A stretch of DNA of 64,000 nucleotides from Candidatus Bathyarchaeia archaeon (GTDB taxonomy: Archaea; Thermoproteota; Bathyarchaeia; Bathyarchaeales; Bathycorpusculaceae). The DNA is taken from the NCBI GenBank assembly GCA_038882975.1, contig JAVZNE010000002.1, forward strand, positions 192,023 through 256,022, read 5' to 3'. The notes under the pieces are model-generated. The model worked only from the letters and a program-made list of their open reading frames with translations, did not search any database and was not told where the DNA came from. Below are positions 38,129-48,687 of this stretch, in pieces; the stretch's first letter is position 1, and each line of letters begins with the position of its first letter. Position numbers and translations under genes: made by a program.

Positions 38129-39307
38129 TCAACTTTTGTTTGCCGCTTCAAATATCATTTTAACGGCATTTTCTAGTCCATCATACCTTAAAACTTCAGC
38201 TTGAATTTGCTTAATTCTTTCCAAGTTATCCGCTGTCAGGGCTTGCTTAATAGTTATTAGCAGCTTGTTTAGACTCAAATTTTCTTGCTGAATCACTTTC
38301 GCAACACCAATTTTCTTGGCTTGGACGGCGTTGTTTAGTTGTTCCGTATGGTTTGGCGTAGGCACCAAAATCATAGGTTTGCCATAGCACATGCACTGGG
38401 TTATTGTGCCGTGTCCGGCACGGCCTATAACAAGGTCGCAAGCCTTTAAGTATTCGAAACGGTTGGGAATCCACTTATAAATTGTTAAGTTGCCGTAGCA
38501 TACGGGATTAGAATCCGCGTTTGGATAACCCATTGACAAAATAATTTCATAATCTCTAGGGAAATTCATCAGAATCTTCCTTAAAATTCCGATGAAAAAC
38601 GCCTTCTCCTTAACACTGCCGCTAATTGGCGCAAAAATTAAAGGCTTATTCTGAGGTATGTTCAACCTTTTTCGGATTTCCTTTTTATCTGGTAATTTTT
38701 CCGGATGAACTGGTAAAATGGGTCCTATGAGATGAACCCTTTTCTGGTAAGCCCTTGGGATGTTTAGATTGCCAGCACAAACAGTGTATGGCGGGGGAAA
38801 ATCTGGTATCAAGACGGTGTCTCCACTTGTCCAAACTTTTCCAATAAGCGTTAAGGCAATGGAGTCTGCAAATCTCGCTAGTCTTAGGAAACGTTTTTTC
38901 CTAGGGATTATTGGTTGGAACTGGTTCAGAATGCAGATTCTCGGCTTTCTTAGGATTTTTGCAGCTAACATAGTGGAAGCACGGGAATCCGAAACCACAA
39001 TGTCTGGGTTGAAACTTTCAATGGCATATAGTTCAGCGTTAACTTGCTTCATAAGGGTGAAAGATGCAAAGAATGGGCCGGGATTGATAGCTGTCTGCTT
39101 AAAATCTATTGTTCCGTCTGGCTTTACTTGGAAGCCTATGGGTGGCGCTTTGAACAGAGGAAATTTTTCCCGTTGAATATAGGGGATTCCTTCACGGTAG
39201 GTTGAAAAAATCACCTGGACTTTTTGTTCTTGTAGTCTTTTGGCGATGGGCATGCATCTTCCAACATGTCCAAGTCCTATGCCGCATGGAGCGAAGTAAA
39301 CCCGCAT
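38129..39307 (-). CDS. GT28/MurG-like glycosyltransferase
   Basis: GIGLGHVGR, RAGHGT, HTEQLNNA. Confidence 0.85.
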   Translation of the reverse strand: MRVYFAPCGIGLGHVGRCMPIAKRLQEQKVQVIFSTYREGIPYIQREKFPLFKAPPIGFQVKPDGTIDFKQTAINPGPFFASFTLMKQVNAELYAIESFNPDIVVSDSRASTMLAAKILRKPRICILNQFQPIIPRKKRFLRLARFADSIALTLIGKVWTSGDTVLIPDFPPPYTVCAGNLNIPRAYQKRVHLIGPILPVHPEKLPDKKEIRKRLNIPQNKPLIFAPISGSVKEKAFFIGILRKILMNFPRDYEIILSMGYPNADSNPVCYGNLTIYKWIPNRFEYLKACDLVIGRAGHGTITQCMCYGKPMILVPTPNHTEQLNNAVQAKKIGVAKVIQQENLSLNKLLITIKQALTADNLERIKQIQAEVLRYDGLENAVKMIFEAANKS

Positions 39308-39311
39308 GGGT

Positions 39312-39944
39312 CTATTTCCCGCCGAGGGTTTTCCGCCTAACTTCACCTCTTGGCTTTTCCTCTTCAAATATTATGGCTTGGAACTTGTAGACTTTTGTGC
39401 CTTTCATAAGCCAACAGTCTGGCGGCAGTCCTGCCTTTACACAGCATTGGCATAGGAACTCTTCCTCATCCCAGTTCCATTCAACGGGCACTTGCGGCAG
39501 GAGAAGCCCCTTGTAAATTCCTCTTTCCACAATTAGTCCGTCCACGCCGACTTTAATTTTGGATGGATACTCGTTTGGCTTTTCAACCTTAATGAGTTGT
39601 GGTGGAGTTAGTATGCTTATCTCGAAAACGACTTTGTCTAGTTCGCTTGGGGATAGGGGATAAAATCTTGGGTCTTGGGTTGCTGAGTTTATGGCGGATT
39701 CAATAACGGCTTGTGCTAGCGGCGTTGTCGGATATGGAAGCCCAATGCATCCCCGCAGTTCCTTTTCTCCATCCTCGAAACTGTTTATTGTTACGAACAC
39801 GCCGCATGGTTGCATCAAATTTTCAGATATGCCCTCTGGGACGCGTATGCGTTTTCTCGTTTTTAGGTATTCTTCCACGGCGTCGCGAGCAAGTTTAACG
39901 AGAATTTTGCCTTCTTCTAGGCTTAAATCGAAAGACAAGTGCAC
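39312..39944 (-). CDS. AMMECR1-domain protein
   Basis: GVFVT, LRGCIG, DPRF, GLLLPQV, KAGL. Confidence 0.92.
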   Translation of the reverse strand: MHLSFDLSLEEGKILVKLARDAVEEYLKTRKRIRVPEGISENLMQPCGVFVTINSFEDGEKELRGCIGLPYPTTPLAQAVIESAINSATQDPRFYPLSPSELDKVVFEISILTPPQLIKVEKPNEYPSKIKVGVDGLIVERGIYKGLLLPQVPVEWNWDEEEFLCQCCVKAGLPPDCWLMKGTKVYKFQAIIFEEEKPRGEVRRKTLGGK

Positions 39945-39975
39945 TTATCCCCAATTTTAATGGACTAATTCTGCT

Positions 39976-40596
39976 TTAGAATTTTATTGATTCTTCGCGG
40001 GTTCCATCCTTTGTTATAAATAGGAAATCTATGCCGTCGCCGCTCATTATGTCTCTGCTTATGGCGGATTTTATCGCTCTTACGACGAGTTCTCTACCCT
40101 CCTCCATGCTTAAGCCTTCTCTATAACTTTCCTCGAGGACGCCCATGGCAATCTCTGTGCCTGAACCAACAACGGCGAACTTATCTGGTATAACTGAACC
40201 TAAAACATCCAACACGTAGAGCGAAGCGCCCTCTTCATCTATTCCCCCAACAATTGTCTGTGTTATAAGCGGTGCTAACCGGTTTGCAAAAAGCAGGTTT
40301 GACATGAGTTTGGCTGCTGACCTAACGGATATTGGTCTTCCAACATCCATGCTGTACAAGTTTGCGTAGGCTTCCACTTCACGCACCAAAATTTGCATGT
40401 CTGAGACCAGTCCGGCGCATGCGGCGCCAATGTGGTCTGTTATTTTGAAGACCTTTTTGCCGCCTCTGCTCACAACCAGATAGCCATATGAAACTCGCTT
40501 TTCAGAGGCGAGAATGACGCCGTCTCTGCAGACTATGCCCACGGTTGTGGCGCCTGGAATCCATAGATATTGGGGTATTTGCCCTTCCTTTTCCAC
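39976..40596 (-). CDS. psmB: Proteasome beta subunit (Ala at the Thr1 position)
   Basis: GATTVGIV...EKRVS, GSG, RDIMSGDG. GTG start at 40596. Confidence 0.92.
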   Translation of the reverse strand: MEKEGQIPQYLWIPGATTVGIVCRDGVILASEKRVSYGYLVVSRGGKKVFKITDHIGAACAGLVSDMQILVREVEAYANLYSMDVGRPISVRSAAKLMSNLLFANRLAPLITQTIVGGIDEEGASLYVLDVLGSVIPDKFAVVGSGTEIAMGVLEESYREGLSMEEGRELVVRAIKSAISRDIMSGDGIDFLFITKDGTREESIKF

Positions 40597-40715
40597 GCTG
40601 TTTTCACCTTTCCACGTGATATGCGAGCACAACCTATTAAACTTAATGTCTCCCAAGCTCTGTAAAGCTAAATAGCCGCCGACACACCATAACAGTGCTG
40701 AGAAGGGTGGTGACG

Positions 40716-41318
40716 ATGATAAACTTATATGCAAAATCTTGTGAGGGCTTGTGGTTTGGTGTGGCATGCAATGAAAAAAGTGTTTTCGCCACGGCATTTG
40801 CATCAAGCCAAGAGCTAGTTCTACACAGTTTATTGAAGAGCATTCCCTTTAATGTCCCATTTCAGTATTCAATAGAAGGCACATTTCTAGCCGAGCAAGT
40901 GGTTGTTACATTAAGGGACATTTACCATGGCAAGGATGTATGCAATAAGTTTTCCATAAACATGGAATCTTTATCAGACTATATGCAAAGGGTTTTGAAA
41001 GTCACCGCCCAGATTCCAGTGGGCTATGTGGCTTCTTATGGAACTGTTGCGGAGGCTGCTGGTGGAAGTCCGAGGGCTGTTGGTCGGGTTATGGCTTCAA
41101 ACCCATTTCCGCTTCTCATTCCATGCCATAGAGTTGTGGCTTCAGACTTTTCCTTGAGTGGGTATGGCGGAGGATTACATGTTAAGCTAGAAATTTTGAG
41201 CCGTGAAAAGAGAGGCTACAGCAAAGAGCAGCAAATATCCATAGACGGAAGAAGGCTAAAAATTTTCCCGGTGGAATTTGTCCTAGAAAAGGCTATAAAG
41301 AAAACGATAAAGTTTTAA
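40716..41318 (+). CDS. ogt: Methylated-DNA--protein-cysteine methyltransferase
   Basis: IPVGYVASYG, RAVG, PCHRVV. Confidence 0.93.
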   Translation: MINLYAKSCEGLWFGVACNEKSVFATAFASSQELVLHSLLKSIPFNVPFQYSIEGTFLAEQVVVTLRDIYHGKDVCNKFSINMESLSDYMQRVLKVTAQIPVGYVASYGTVAEAAGGSPRAVGRVMASNPFPLLIPCHRVVASDFSLSGYGGGLHVKLEILSREKRGYSKEQQISIDGRRLKIFPVEFVLEKAIKKTIKF

Positions 41319-41368
41319 ACGCAAATAATAAAAGCCGAACGACTAAATTTAGAGAAAAGAGTGGTTTC

Positions 41369-41893
41369 ATGGTTAAGCGCGGTCTTTTTGTTGGGAGATT
41401 TCAGCCATTTCATAAGGGACACCTTAATGTTGTGAAAGACATTTTGAATGAGGTTGACGAGCTTGTAATTGTTGTTGGAAGCGCACAATACAGCCACCGC
41501 ATCGACAACCCTTTCACGACCGGCGAAAGGATATTAATGATTCGAAAGGCTTTAGAAGAGGCTAGAATAGATTTGAGCCGCATATGGATTGTGCCTGTGC
41601 CAGACGTCCACATACACATGGTTTGGGTTTCAGCTGTTGAGGGCTATACGCCACGCTTCGATGTTGTTTACTCAAATGAGCCCCTAACGCGGAGGCTTTT
41701 CATAGAGGCTGGCTACGAGGTTAAATCAATACGCTTCCACAAGCGGAAGGTCTACTCTGCAACAGAGATAAGGGAAAGAATGCTGAAAGGGGGGAACTGG
41801 GAGGAGCTTGTTCCAGAAAGCGTGGCTGAATTCATAAAAGAGATCGGCGGTGTTGAGAGGCTTAAGGACTTAACTAAGAGCGATAAAGTATAA
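41369..41893 (+). CDS. nadM: Nicotinamide-nucleotide adenylyltransferase
   Basis: GRFQPFHKGH, GSAQ, NPFT.GER, SATEIR. Confidence 0.94.
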   Translation: MVKRGLFVGRFQPFHKGHLNVVKDILNEVDELVIVVGSAQYSHRIDNPFTTGERILMIRKALEEARIDLSRIWIVPVPDVHIHMVWVSAVEGYTPRFDVVYSNEPLTRRLFIEAGYEVKSIRFHKRKVYSATEIRERMLKGGNWEELVPESVAEFIKEIGGVERLKDLTKSDKV

Positions 41894-42406
41894 CCTTGTC
41901 CCCAGCCTTAACATTAAACATTTTGGCAGCGCTCCCCTGGTTTACTGATATCTCCAAAAAATTGTGGCTGCCTATTATTGCCAGAGGCTTTTTTGCTTCC
42001 ACTTCAGCATAAGCCTTACAAAGCTTTAGCTTTAATGAGTTCTCTCTAATCTTTAAGTTTAAATTTTCCCTTATTCCAAATGATTCCAGTTCCTTAGCCG
42101 TAAAGTTTGTAATTATGTTCCCAAAACTATCCACGTGTATGACCTCACCCACCAACATAGAGTTTGCCCTGATGATTTTTGCAAATTGTGGCCTCGCAAT
42201 CCGACGGATTTCAGGTCCAAACTCTGACGGTGGAACACCTTTTGATAGATGTGCAGCTACTGGGGCGAAAATGTCCCTTCCATGGAAGGTTGTTGAAATT
42301 TTTGGCAACATATACTTGGGATTTGCTATTTCATAAACATGTTTTATGCCCTGTTTTTCGGCCGCCAAGGCTAGGACGCCGTGGTTAACGTTATCAGCCG
42401 GTTCAT
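41874..42406 (-). pseudogene. SAM hydroxide adenosyltransferase (chlorinase/fluorinase family) with an internal deletion and frameshift
   Basis: The ATG at 42406 reads MNRLITLTT (family N-terminus) and then hits TAG. A different frame continues GVLALAA...STTFHGRDIFAP...VDSFGNIITN...LEISVNQGSAA. Confidence 0.85.
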
Positions 42407-42427
42407 GCCAATTTCACATTTTCAGCC

Positions 42428-42952
42428 TTATTGATTGTTAAATCTCGGATGTTGCTGTTCAGCAGCTGCCGCATTTTCTAGATAAGTGTTTGTTATGTTT
42501 TCTAGCGCTTTTTTCTTTTTGTTTTTCCTTCTGGTTTGGAGGTCTATTGCAAGCATTATAATGTAAGGCATTAAAAGATAGGCAAGCGCCGCAAATGGGT
42601 TATCAAGTAGGGTGGCAAAGCTAAGCATGTAGCTGATTACGTGACCTCCGTAGGCCTTTAGGGAATCAAAGGCTATGAAAGCCAAAAATGTTAGTGTTAG
42701 GCAGACAAAAAACTGGGCAAGTACGCTTCTTTCTCTGCCTAGAATGACTGATGGTAGTGCTGATGAAAGCACAAAGACCCATGCGAAGGCGGACACAAAA
42801 ACTATCATGCCAACTCTATAAATTAGCCATTCTCCAACGAAAGGCCAAAGAATGTTGATAAAATTGATGAGCGACTTAACGGCTGTTTCCGTGAACATTT
42901 GGTAGCCAACCATTAAAATCAAGCAACTGAAACATATAATGGGACCTGCCAA
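42428..42952 (-). CDS. Hypothetical membrane protein
   Basis: 174-aa ORF with about 4 hydrophobic segments and a basic tail. Confidence 0.65.
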   Translation of the reverse strand: MAGPIICFSCLILMVGYQMFTETAVKSLINFINILWPFVGEWLIYRVGMIVFVSAFAWVFVLSSALPSVILGRERSVLAQFFVCLTLTFLAFIAFDSLKAYGGHVISYMLSFATLLDNPFAALAYLLMPYIIMLAIDLQTRRKNKKKKALENITNTYLENAAAAEQQHPRFNNQ

Positions 42953-43080
42953 GCAGCCTTGCCCACGAGAGCCACCAATGGATTAGTTGTCTTTTCGCAT
43001 CTTAAATTTTACGATACTGTGCAATTTATTTATAAGCAAGTTGCAAGCGAGCATAATGCTTCAAATAGCTTAACTAGAAT

Positions 43081-43848
43081 GTGGATACGATGCGAAACGT
43101 AGAAGGTATTAAAAGGCGAAGATTCGTGGTATTAGGCACGCGGAATTTGGCTCTGGTTATCAGCTTCTCATCATTATATGCAGTTTTCTGCATTTTTCCA
43201 ATATTCAAGATTATTGGTTTACCCAGCAATGCCATAACGGCGGCAGCAGTCATGGCGCCAGTCATCGGCGTGATTCTTGGACCCTACCCTGGAGCATTAT
43301 CAACAACAATAGGCGGGGCGATTGGATTGCTAACAGGATTCTTCTCCTACATAAGCCTTGTTGCGGGCGTCGCCGCTGCCCTTTGCGCCGGTTTTCTTTA
43401 TAAGGGTAGGAGGGATTTGTGCACCTTAACCTATTTCTCGCTTCTTCTGCTTTTCGGCTTTTGCCCCTTTGTCGGGCCGGTCTGGCTTTACCCACCATTA
43501 ATGTGGTTTCAGATTTTAGGTTTCATGATTCTAATTTCTCCACTACAGTCCTTCGCCATAAAAAATATGAAAAACGCAAAGAGCGGCAGTATACGTGTTC
43601 TTGGTTTCTTCATAACGTTTCTTGTCTCCACATTAGCTGGACAAATTGCCGGGTCGCTTATGTTTGAATTGATTTTATGGCCATTATTTACGGCTGACGT
43701 GAACGGTGTAAAATTAATCTGGCAAACAACAGCTTTTCTTTATCCAATTGAAAGAGTAATCATAGCATTGGCCTCAACTTCTATCGGTGTGGCGCTGCAT
43801 AAAACCCTAAAATCAGAAAGCATTGGTAAAGACATAGTCAATACTTAA
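43081..43848 (+). CDS. Polytopic membrane protein, ECF S-component-like
   Basis: APVIGVILGPYPG and YPIERVIIA motifs, 6-7 TM helices. Confidence 0.6.
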   Translation: MDTMRNVEGIKRRRFVVLGTRNLALVISFSSLYAVFCIFPIFKIIGLPSNAITAAAVMAPVIGVILGPYPGALSTTIGGAIGLLTGFFSYISLVAGVAAALCAGFLYKGRRDLCTLTYFSLLLLFGFCPFVGPVWLYPPLMWFQILGFMILISPLQSFAIKNMKNAKSGSIRVLGFFITFLVSTLAGQIAGSLMFELILWPLFTADVNGVKLIWQTTAFLYPIERVIIALASTSIGVALHKTLKSESIGKDIVNT

Positions 43849-44614
43849 TTTTCTGTTTCGGCTTAAAACTGTTCATGAAAATGCACTCTTTTAGCGGCAG
43901 ACTCATATCCTCCGGGCCATAAACTCCATCATCAAGGTTGACGGGCACCCCTTTAATTAAAACGGCTGGAATTTTTTCCGAGGTTTCACCCATTAGGAGA
44001 TGGGCTGCTGAGGCCAAGTCGTCTGCTACAGCGTGTAATGTGATGGTCAATTTTTTCCCAAAAATGTCCCCCTCACCTCTGCAATCTCTTATCGGCTTGA
44101 AACCAGCGACAGCTAGGGCTAAGCCGCTTGTGCCAAGCCTTAAAGGTCTTAAGCCGCTGTCAACAATTAAGACTGCAACCTTTTTCCCAGTTTTGCGCAT
44201 TATCTTTTCTCTAATGTTTTTTGCCCATTTTTCTGGGTTTTTCGGCCATAAAGCGACAGCGTCTTGCGGGGCATTTTTACTGTCTATTCCGGCATTTGGC
44301 GTTAAAACCCCATCTTTTAGCGTTAATACAGCCTTTTTCACTCCGCCGTAGATTTCTTCAGCCTCTTTTATGATTAGTTCGGCAAGTTCTGGTGGTAGTG
44401 CGAATTTTCTGGCGAGTTTTTTAGCCTTTTCAGATGGTTTAATTTTATCCAACTTTAAAACGCGGTCTTCTGCGTAGGCTATAACTTTTGATGCCAACGC
44501 CAAAATGTCTCCATCATCAAGCGTTAGCCCTCGTTTCTCCATTGCTTTTAAAACAGCGTTGACAATGTCGTCTCCCGGTTTTATAACGTCTGTTCTTATT
44601 GGGAAAAGTTTCAA
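43838..44614 (-). CDS. cofE: Coenzyme F420-0:L-glutamate ligase family protein
   Basis: IKPGDD, ASKV, NAGIDSKN, DS..RPLRLG, ADDLASAA.LLMGE. Confidence 0.85.
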   Translation of the reverse strand: MKLFPIRTDVIKPGDDIVNAVLKAMEKRGLTLDDGDILALASKVIAYAEDRVLKLDKIKPSEKAKKLARKFALPPELAELIIKEAEEIYGGVKKAVLTLKDGVLTPNAGIDSKNAPQDAVALWPKNPEKWAKNIREKIMRKTGKKVAVLIVDSGLRPLRLGTSGLALAVAGFKPIRDCRGEGDIFGKKLTITLHAVADDLASAAHLLMGETSEKIPAVLIKGVPVNLDDGVYGPEDMSLPLKECIFMNSFKPKQKIKY

Positions 44615-44619
44615 AAGGC

Positions 44620-44925
44620 TTATCCTCCGTGGGAAACTGGAATTAAAACCACTTCGTCCCCATCTTTAAGGGTTGTTTCCAAACCTTTTAAGACGCTGAT
44701 TTCACAGTCATTCACAATTATTAGGGTGTTTGGTCTCGGGTCGCCTAGCTCCGGGTCAATTAGGGCCCTTTCCATATTTGGAAATTTTTCAATGATTTGT
44801 TTTATGGCTTCTTTGAGTTGTACACCTTCGCTTAGCTCTAGTGCTATTTTGCCCTTTTTTGTTATGTTGCGGAAACTGCCAACAAACCTAACGTTAACCT
44901 TCACCTTACAAGCCCTCTTTTTCAA
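44620..44925 (-). CDS. MoaD/ThiS/SAMP ubiquitin-like protein
   Basis: LKDGDEVVLIPVSHGG, ending in a C-terminal diglycine. Confidence 0.9.
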   Translation of the reverse strand: MKKRACKVKVNVRFVGSFRNITKKGKIALELSEGVQLKEAIKQIIEKFPNMERALIDPELGDPRPNTLIIVNDCEISVLKGLETTLKDGDEVVLIPVSHGG

Positions 44926-44929
44926 GCGC

Positions 44930-46306
44930 TTATAACACTATGATGACTGATATGTCGTTAACGTTTGTGCCCGTTGGACCTGTAAAGATTAAGTCGCCCA
45001 GTTGGGAGAAGAAGCCATAAGAGTTGTTGTCTGCCAGGAACTCTTCAGCCTTAAGCCCCAAAGCTTCAGCTCTAGCTATGGTTTTTCCGTCGGCTATTGC
45101 TCCAGCAGCGTCTGTTGGTCCATCCACCCCATCAGTGCTTAATGAGGCTATGACAACTCCTTCTAAACCTCTTATTTTCAGCGAAGCCGCCAAGGCTATT
45201 TCCTGGTTTCTTCCACCCTTGCCCTTTCCAGTAACAGTAACTGTTGTTTCGCCACCGGCCACCACACCAGCAGGCTTTTTAACAGGATTACCGGATGCAA
45301 AAATTTCGCGGGCTAGTGAAGCCAGCACTGTTCCAACATGTCTTGCCTCGCCTTCAAGAAGTGATGTGAGCATGAGCGTGTTCAATCCCTCAGATTTTAG
45401 AGTTTCGCATGCAGCCATACTTGCAGCTCTGTTGTTTCCGATAACTACATTGAAAACTTTTTTGAAGGCTTCGTCGTCAACCTTTGGCGTTTCTGGAATG
45501 ATCCCCTTCTCCCCTTCCATTAAAACTTTCTTTATTGATTTTGGCGCTTTCTTCCATAAGCCATATTTCTTCAAAACTTTTATGGCGTCGCTAAAGGTCG
45601 TTGAGTCTGGAACTGTGGGGCCTGAGGCAATAAAATCCAGCGGATCACCTAAAACATCTGATAGTATGAGGTTTAGAATCGTTGCTGGATAAGCCTTTTT
45701 TGCAAGCCATCCTCCCTTAAACTCTGAGATGTGCTTTCTAACAGTGTTTATTTCATTAATTGTTGCGCCGCACTTCAGCAAGTCCTCCGTCATTCGCCTC
45801 TTATCGGCAATTGTAATTTTACCTCTTGGCATCGGCATCAAGCTGGAGCCCCCGCCTGAAATTAGGCATATAATCAAGTCTCCTTCGCTAGCTTTTTCGG
45901 CTATTTCAAGCATTTTTCTTGTTCCTTCAACTCCTGACTCGTCGGGGATTGGGTGGCTTGCCCCATGAAGTCTAATTATTTTTGTTTTATGTTCAGCATC
46001 CTTTGGAACATTAACGAGCCCGCTTGTGATTCTGTCGCCTAAAACCTCCTCTAAGGCTTCAGCCATTGAACCGCTTGCTTTCCCTCCACCTATAACGTAT
46101 ATGTTCTTATACTTTTTAAGGTCAAAAGCGTACCCATTAACATGGAGAATAGAGCCTTCAAGCCTAAGTTTCGATTTAATTATCGATTTCGGGTTTACAG
46201 CTTTTATAGCGGCTTCGAGGCTTTTTAGGGCTAATTCTCTAGCCCTTTTATCAAGATTTGTCTCGCCATTGCTGATTAATTGTTCGAAATTCTTGATAAA
46301 TGCCAT
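44930..46306 (-). CDS. gck: Glycerate 2-kinase (MOFRL family)
   Basis: GGGKAS, SGGGSSL, SDVLGD, GGETTV, GGRNQE, TGTNVND. Confidence 0.93.
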   Translation of the reverse strand: MAFIKNFEQLISNGETNLDKRARELALKSLEAAIKAVNPKSIIKSKLRLEGSILHVNGYAFDLKKYKNIYVIGGGKASGSMAEALEEVLGDRITSGLVNVPKDAEHKTKIIRLHGASHPIPDESGVEGTRKMLEIAEKASEGDLIICLISGGGSSLMPMPRGKITIADKRRMTEDLLKCGATINEINTVRKHISEFKGGWLAKKAYPATILNLILSDVLGDPLDFIASGPTVPDSTTFSDAIKVLKKYGLWKKAPKSIKKVLMEGEKGIIPETPKVDDEAFKKVFNVVIGNNRAASMAACETLKSEGLNTLMLTSLLEGEARHVGTVLASLAREIFASGNPVKKPAGVVAGGETTVTVTGKGKGGRNQEIALAASLKIRGLEGVVIASLSTDGVDGPTDAAGAIADGKTIARAEALGLKAEEFLADNNSYGFFSQLGDLIFTGPTGTNVNDISVIIVL

Positions 46307-46399
46307 TTAAGGGCACCTTCGTGACCTTTAAAGACGGGAAATCGTAAATGTAATAAGTTGAGCATTAATAAAGTGTTTTGCACCGCGTAGGTGAACACT

Positions 46400-47407
46400 A
46401 TGGCAAAGCCTAAGGTTTACGTAACCCGTGAGCTTCCAGAAAGGGGCATGAAAATAATAAGGGAGCGTTTTGACGCTGAAGTCTGGCCGGAATATGGCCC
46501 ACCGCCCAAGAAGGAGATAATAAAGAAGGCAAAGGATGTTGATGCCTTAGTTACACTTTTGTCGGATAAGATTGACGCTGAAGTCTTTGATGCTGCGCCA
46601 AAACTGAAAATTGTCGCCCAGATGGCTGTCGGCTTTGACAACATAGATGTTGCCGAAGCCACAAGGAGGGGAATATATGTAACGAATACTCCAGGGGTTT
46701 TGACAGAAACCACGGCGGATTTCGCTTGGGCTTTGTTGATGGCTGTTGCGAGACGCGTTGTTGAGGCAGATAAGTATGTGCGCACTGGACAGTGGAAGGT
46801 CGGCTGGCATCCAAGCATGCTTCTGGGGAGAGACGTTTACGGCGCAACACTGGGCATCGTGGGAGCGGGCAGAATAGGAACCGCTGTTGCGCGAAGGGCA
46901 AAAGGCTTCAACATGAAAATTTTATACTATGATGTTGTTCCCATGCCGCCAGAAATAGAGAAGGAACTTGGCGCAAAACGTGTGGACTTGGACACACTTT
47001 TAAAGGAATCCGACTTTGTCAGTATCCATGTGCCCCTAATGAAGGAAACCTACCACTTAATCAACGAGGAGAAGCTTAGGCTGATGAAGAAGACAGCCTA
47101 TCTAATCAACAATTCCAGAGGTCCTGTGGTGGATGAAAAAGCTCTATACAAGGCATTGAAGGAAGGTTGGATTGCAGGAGCAGCCCTAGACGTTTTTGAG
47201 CAAGAACCAACACCAGTGGATAATCCCCTGCTTAAACTTGACAATATTGTTGTGGCACCCCACATTTCAAGCGCCAGCTACGAAACCCGCTCAAGGATGG
47301 CTGAAATGGTTGCGGAAAATTTGGTTGCCTTTTTCGAGGGACGAATTCCGCCGAACCTCGTTAACCCAGACGTTGTCAAAGTACGCCCATTAATCAAGCT
47401 CTTTTAA
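46400..47407 (+). CDS. gyaR: Glyoxylate/hydroxypyruvate reductase
   Basis: VGFDNID, NTPGVLT, GAGRIG, NNSRG, DVFEQEP, PHISSA. Confidence 0.9.
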   Translation: MAKPKVYVTRELPERGMKIIRERFDAEVWPEYGPPPKKEIIKKAKDVDALVTLLSDKIDAEVFDAAPKLKIVAQMAVGFDNIDVAEATRRGIYVTNTPGVLTETTADFAWALLMAVARRVVEADKYVRTGQWKVGWHPSMLLGRDVYGATLGIVGAGRIGTAVARRAKGFNMKILYYDVVPMPPEIEKELGAKRVDLDTLLKESDFVSIHVPLMKETYHLINEEKLRLMKKTAYLINNSRGPVVDEKALYKALKEGWIAGAALDVFEQEPTPVDNPLLKLDNIVVAPHISSASYETRSRMAEMVAENLVAFFEGRIPPNLVNPDVVKVRPLIKLF

Positions 47408-47493
47408 ACATTGCTTCAATCCTTTTCAACTGTAATGGTTAAATATTCTACCCGAGTTACCTTAACTTTCAACCCGCTCAAAAGTATTGGTGA

Positions 47494-48678
47494 TTGATGA
47501 TGGTTTCCATATTCGCTAAAAGAATGGCATCTCTTGGAACTGAAACGGCCTTTGAAGTGCTTGCCCGCGCAAAAGCCCTTGAAAGACAAGGCAAGGAAAT
47601 AATCCACCTGGAAATAGGCGAGCCGGACTTTGACACACCCATAAACATTAAGGAGGCTGCTGTGAAGGCTCTTTATGCTGGCTACACTCATTATGTGCCA
47701 GCTGCTGGCATCCCAGAATTGCGGGAAGCCATAGCTGAGTACATTTCAAAAACTAGAAAGATTCCAGTTGACCCAGAAGAGGTTGTTGTTACACCAGGAG
47801 CCAAGCCCATAATGTTTTTCGCTATATTGGCATGCGTGGAGCGTGGCGAGGAGGTTTTATATCCAAATCCAGGTTTTCCAATCTACGAATCCATGATAAA
47901 CTTTGTTGGAGCCAAACCGGTGCCTATCCCGCTAAAAGAGGAGAACGATTTCAGACTGGACCACGAGTATGTTAAGGCTAAGATAACCAAGAAGACTAAA
48001 ATGATTATTTTGAACTCGCCTGAAAACCCAACCGGCGGCGTTTTAACAAGGGAAGATTTGAAGGTTATAGCCGACTGCATAGCCGATAGGGACGATGTTA
48101 TAGTGCTTTCAGATGAGATTTACAGCAGGATAATTTATGAGGGGAACCATGAAAGCATTGCTTCGCTTCCAGGGATGAGGGAGAAAACCATAATATTGGA
48201 TGGTTTTTCGAAGACCTATGCCATGACAGGCTGGAGACTTGGCTACGGGGTCATGCGAAAAGACCTAGCTGAGAAAATCACACAGTTGATGATTAATTCG
48301 AACTCTTGCACATGCGCCTTTGTCCAGATGGCTGGTGTTGAAGCCCTAAAAGGTCCACAAGACTCTGTTGAGAAGATGGTTACAGAATTTAGAAAAAGGA
48401 GAGAAGTTATTGTTTCCGGGTTAAACAACATTAATGGTATAACATGTAAGAAGCCTAAAGGCGCCTTCTACGTTTTCCCAAACATAAAGGGAACTGGAAA
48501 GAAATCTAAAGAGCTTTCGGACTACTTGCTCAACGAAGCCGGCGTGGCGGTTCTCCCAGGGACATCATTTGGAAAGTATGGCGAGGGGTATTTGCGCATA
48601 TCTTTTGCGAATTCTGTTGAGAACATTAAGAAGGCTTTGGACCGTATAAGCAAGGCTGTTGAAAAACTGAAAAGTTAG
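47494..48678 (+). CDS. Class I PLP aminotransferase (aspartate aminotransferase-like)
   Basis: IGEPDF, NSPENPTG, DEIY, SKTYAMTGWRLG. Confidence 0.93.
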   Translation: MMMVSIFAKRMASLGTETAFEVLARAKALERQGKEIIHLEIGEPDFDTPINIKEAAVKALYAGYTHYVPAAGIPELREAIAEYISKTRKIPVDPEEVVVTPGAKPIMFFAILACVERGEEVLYPNPGFPIYESMINFVGAKPVPIPLKEENDFRLDHEYVKAKITKKTKMIILNSPENPTGGVLTREDLKVIADCIADRDDVIVLSDEIYSRIIYEGNHESIASLPGMREKTIILDGFSKTYAMTGWRLGYGVMRKDLAEKITQLMINSNSCTCAFVQMAGVEALKGPQDSVEKMVTEFRKRREVIVSGLNNINGITCKKPKGAFYVFPNIKGTGKKSKELSDYLLNEAGVAVLPGTSFGKYGEGYLRISFANSVENIKKALDRISKAVEKLKS

Positions 48679-48687
48679 TTTTAACCT

